Shown: positions 43,742 to 45,449 of the stretch, piece by piece
How the letters are laid out: each line of letters starts with the position of its first letter
Position numbering within the stretch: the first letter of the stretch is position 1
NCBI GenBank assembly: GCA_045603265.1
Contig: JAZULU010000259.1
Coordinates: 1 to 45,449 of the forward strand
Direction: 5' to 3'
Length of the DNA: 45,449 bases
Source: Clostridia bacterium
GTDB taxonomy: Bacteria > Bacillota > Clostridia > Christensenellales > QALW01
Program-made: the position numbers and the translations under genes
Notes under the pieces: model-generated
Told to the model about the DNA's origin: nothing
Seen by the model: the letters and a program-made list of their open reading frames with translations, nothing else
The model's database searches: none

Positions 43742-45037
43742 ATGCGCATTTATGATATCATTTTAAAAAAACGCAACGGCGGTGTTTTGACAAAAGAAGA
43801 AATCGAGTTTTTTGTTAAAGGCTACACTTTGGGGGAAATTCCCGATTATCAGGCTTCCGCATTGATGATGGCAATATTTTTTAAGGGAATGACTGATGAA
43901 GAAACCGCCAATTTAACTGATGCAATGGCTGTTTCGGGTGATACTGTTGATCTTTCTTTGTTTAAAGATTTTTCATGTGATAAACATTCTACCGGCGGTG
44001 TGGGCGATAAAACAAGCCTTATCGTAGCGCCTATTGTTGCCTCTTTAGGCGGTTACGTTACCAAAATGTCAGGCAGAGGCTTAGGGCATACAGGCGGTAC
44101 TGTTGATAAGCTGGAGTCCATTCCCGGCTATAAAACGGAACTTTCCCAGGAAGAATTTTTAAATACCGTTAGAAAAACGGGCATGGCTATCATTGGGCAG
44201 ACGGGCAACCTTGCGCCTTGCGATAAAAAACTTTACGCACTTCGCGACGTTACTGCAACAGTTGATTCGATTCCTTTAATAACATCAAGCATAATGTCCA
44301 AAAAACTGGCGGCAGGCTCAAAAAACATCGTTCTTGACGTTAAGTGTGGCAGCGGTGCGTTTATGAAAACACCTGAAAATGCCCAAAAACTTGCACAAAA
44401 TATGGTTGAGATCGGCAAAAGATGCGGCCGCAACATGGCGGCGCTGATCACCGATATGAACACGCCTTTAGGTAACAATATCGGCAACGCTTTGGAAATT
44501 ATCGAAGCCGTTGACGTTCTTAAAAACAATAAAGATTGCGATCTGAAGGAAGTTTCAGTTAGTTTAAGCGCAAATATTGTTTCACTTATGCGCAAAATTT
44601 CCGTCGAAGAGGCTGAAAAACTTGTCCGCGATGCTATTTCTTCAGGCAAGGCTTTTGAAAAAATGAAGGAATGGGTAGAAACTCAGGGCGGCGATATTTC
44701 ATATCTTGAAGATACCCAAAAGTTCCCTAAGGCAAAGTATGCTTTTAACGTACTTGCACCTCAAAATGGTTATATATCTTTAATGAACGCTGAAAAAATC
44801 GGCACTTTTGCTTGCATCTTAGGCGCAGGCAGAGAGAAAAAGGACGATAAAATTGATTTTTCTGCCGGCATAATTTTAAATAAAAAGACCGGTGACTACG
44901 TTGAAAAGGGCGAAATTCTCTGCACGCTTTTTACAAACGACCAGAAAAATTTCCAAAAATTCGACTACTTTGATGCACTTGAATTTTCTCTTGAATTGCC
45001 TAAAAATACACCTCTTATTTATGAGGTTATACGATAA
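43742..45037 (+). CDS. pdp: Pyrimidine-nucleoside (thymidine) phosphorylase
   Basis: Contains MRIYDIILKKRNG..LTKEEIEFFVKGYT.GEIPDYQASALMMAIFFKGMT, DKHSTGGVGDK and SGRGLGHTGGTVDKLE. Confidence 0.9.
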   Translation: MRIYDIILKKRNGGVLTKEEIEFFVKGYTLGEIPDYQASALMMAIFFKGMTDEETANLTDAMAVSGDTVDLSLFKDFSCDKHSTGGVGDKTSLIVAPIVASLGGYVTKMSGRGLGHTGGTVDKLESIPGYKTELSQEEFLNTVRKTGMAIIGQTGNLAPCDKKLYALRDVTATVDSIPLITSSIMSKKLAAGSKNIVLDVKCGSGAFMKTPENAQKLAQNMVEIGKRCGRNMAALITDMNTPLGNNIGNALEIIEAVDVLKNNKDCDLKEVSVSLSANIVSLMRKISVEEAEKLVRDAISSGKAFEKMKEWVETQGGDISYLEDTQKFPKAKYAFNVLAPQNGYISLMNAEKIGTFACILGAGREKKDDKIDFSAGIILNKKTGDYVEKGEILCTLFTNDQKNFQKFDYFDALEFSLELPKNTPLIYEVIR

Positions 45038-45063
45038 AAAGACTGCTTTTGCAGTCTTTTTTT
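45038..45063 (+). terminator. Rho-independent terminator of the deo/pdp operon
   Basis: aaagactgc / tttt / gcagtcttt followed by a T-run. Confidence 0.8.
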
Positions 45064-45191
45064 GATAAAAAATGTGGGAGCAGGCATACGGTAAAAAATC
45101 ACATAACTTCTTCTGCGATATTTATTACAGTCTTTCTCTGTTTAAGAGCATATTGCATGGCTTGATATGCACCACCCTCATTACGTTCAAT

Positions 45192-45449
45192 ATAGCCGAA
45201 GGGAGCCGAACCCACAACGGTTTAAAATGCCATTTTTGCCCATCTCTGCGTTACTTACACAGGGAAATACGTCCTGTATGTCCCTGCGCAAGTGCCTTGA
45301 TATGAACAAAAATTGCTATTTTAAACTTCTGCGAACCCAAAGGAACTGATTTTGTGATAGAAAACGGCTCGCGAAGCGAAGGAATACCGGGCGTATTTCA
45401 AGCGACAAGAGTCGTTTTATGCGCAAAAGCAGTCCTATTGGGCGTTATG
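45192..45449 (+). mobile_element. MITE-like element, copy 2 (cut by the window edge about 21 nt before its expected end), inverted relative to copy 1
   Basis: It starts with the same TIR, ATAGCCGAAGGGAGCCGAACCCACAACG. It is collinear with the reverse complement of 28456-28713 without indels. Confidence 0.6.

Noticed and set aside
45072-45305. 77-aa plus-strand ORF, and a short minus-strand frame (..GYIERNEGGAYQAMQYALKQRKTVINIAEEVM*) ending near 45101, which might be a gene remnant disrupted by the MITE
   Set aside because: The plus-strand ORF runs into the repeat and has no SD. The minus-strand frame is under 60 codons with no recognisable homology by eye. A BLASTX would be needed to revive it.
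1-45449. CRISPR arrays, rRNA or tRNA genes, transposase, integrase or phage genes, and toxin-antitoxin or known defence-system genes
   Set aside because: I found none on either strand. The only short-period repeats are intragenic protein modules and the two intergenic repeat families described above.

Overview
AT-rich, Gram-positive (Clostridia-type) chromosomal window with about 40 genes and no rRNA, tRNA, CRISPR array or transposase gene that I can recognise. Taxonomy is inferred from SD-driven starts, a Coat-F spore coat gene, YfhO, an ECF S-component and rpmH-rnpA-yidD-yidC-jag. Layout: (1) 1-10.4 kb, a surface glycan-binding and glycosidase locus with two large secreted multi-CBM-like proteins, a GH20-like enzyme, a secreted GH-like protein and an unlisted 37-codon acidic sORF. 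(2) 10.6-13.6 kb, an orphan 990-aa cytoplasmic protein with four ~148-aa repeats. (3) vanZ-like plus a CapD/PglF-type dehydratase. (4) ECF S-component-coaX-htpG-flavodoxin-like operon. (5) 20.1-25.8 kb, a six-gene envelope glycosylation operon that combines Arn-pathway-like parts with a YfhO transferase. (6) Lipoproteins and a membrane protein. (7) rpmH-rnpA-yidD-yidC-jag without dnaA or mnmE/mnmG neighbours. (8) Coat-F, TIM-barrel isomerase, phosphoesterase, CBM and GH-like surface proteins. (9) yqeY <> glnS. (10) An LRR surface protein fused into a deoC-deoD-cdd-pdp operon. The most unusual content is noncoding. A 279-bp MITE-like element with 28-bp terminal inverted repeats occurs twice in inverted orientation (28.4 kb and the right window edge), bracketing 16.5 kb. 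A GC-rich intergenic repeat family carries a covarying terminator-like hairpin and sits at the synteny breaks. All functional calls come from motif recognition by eye; no database search was run.
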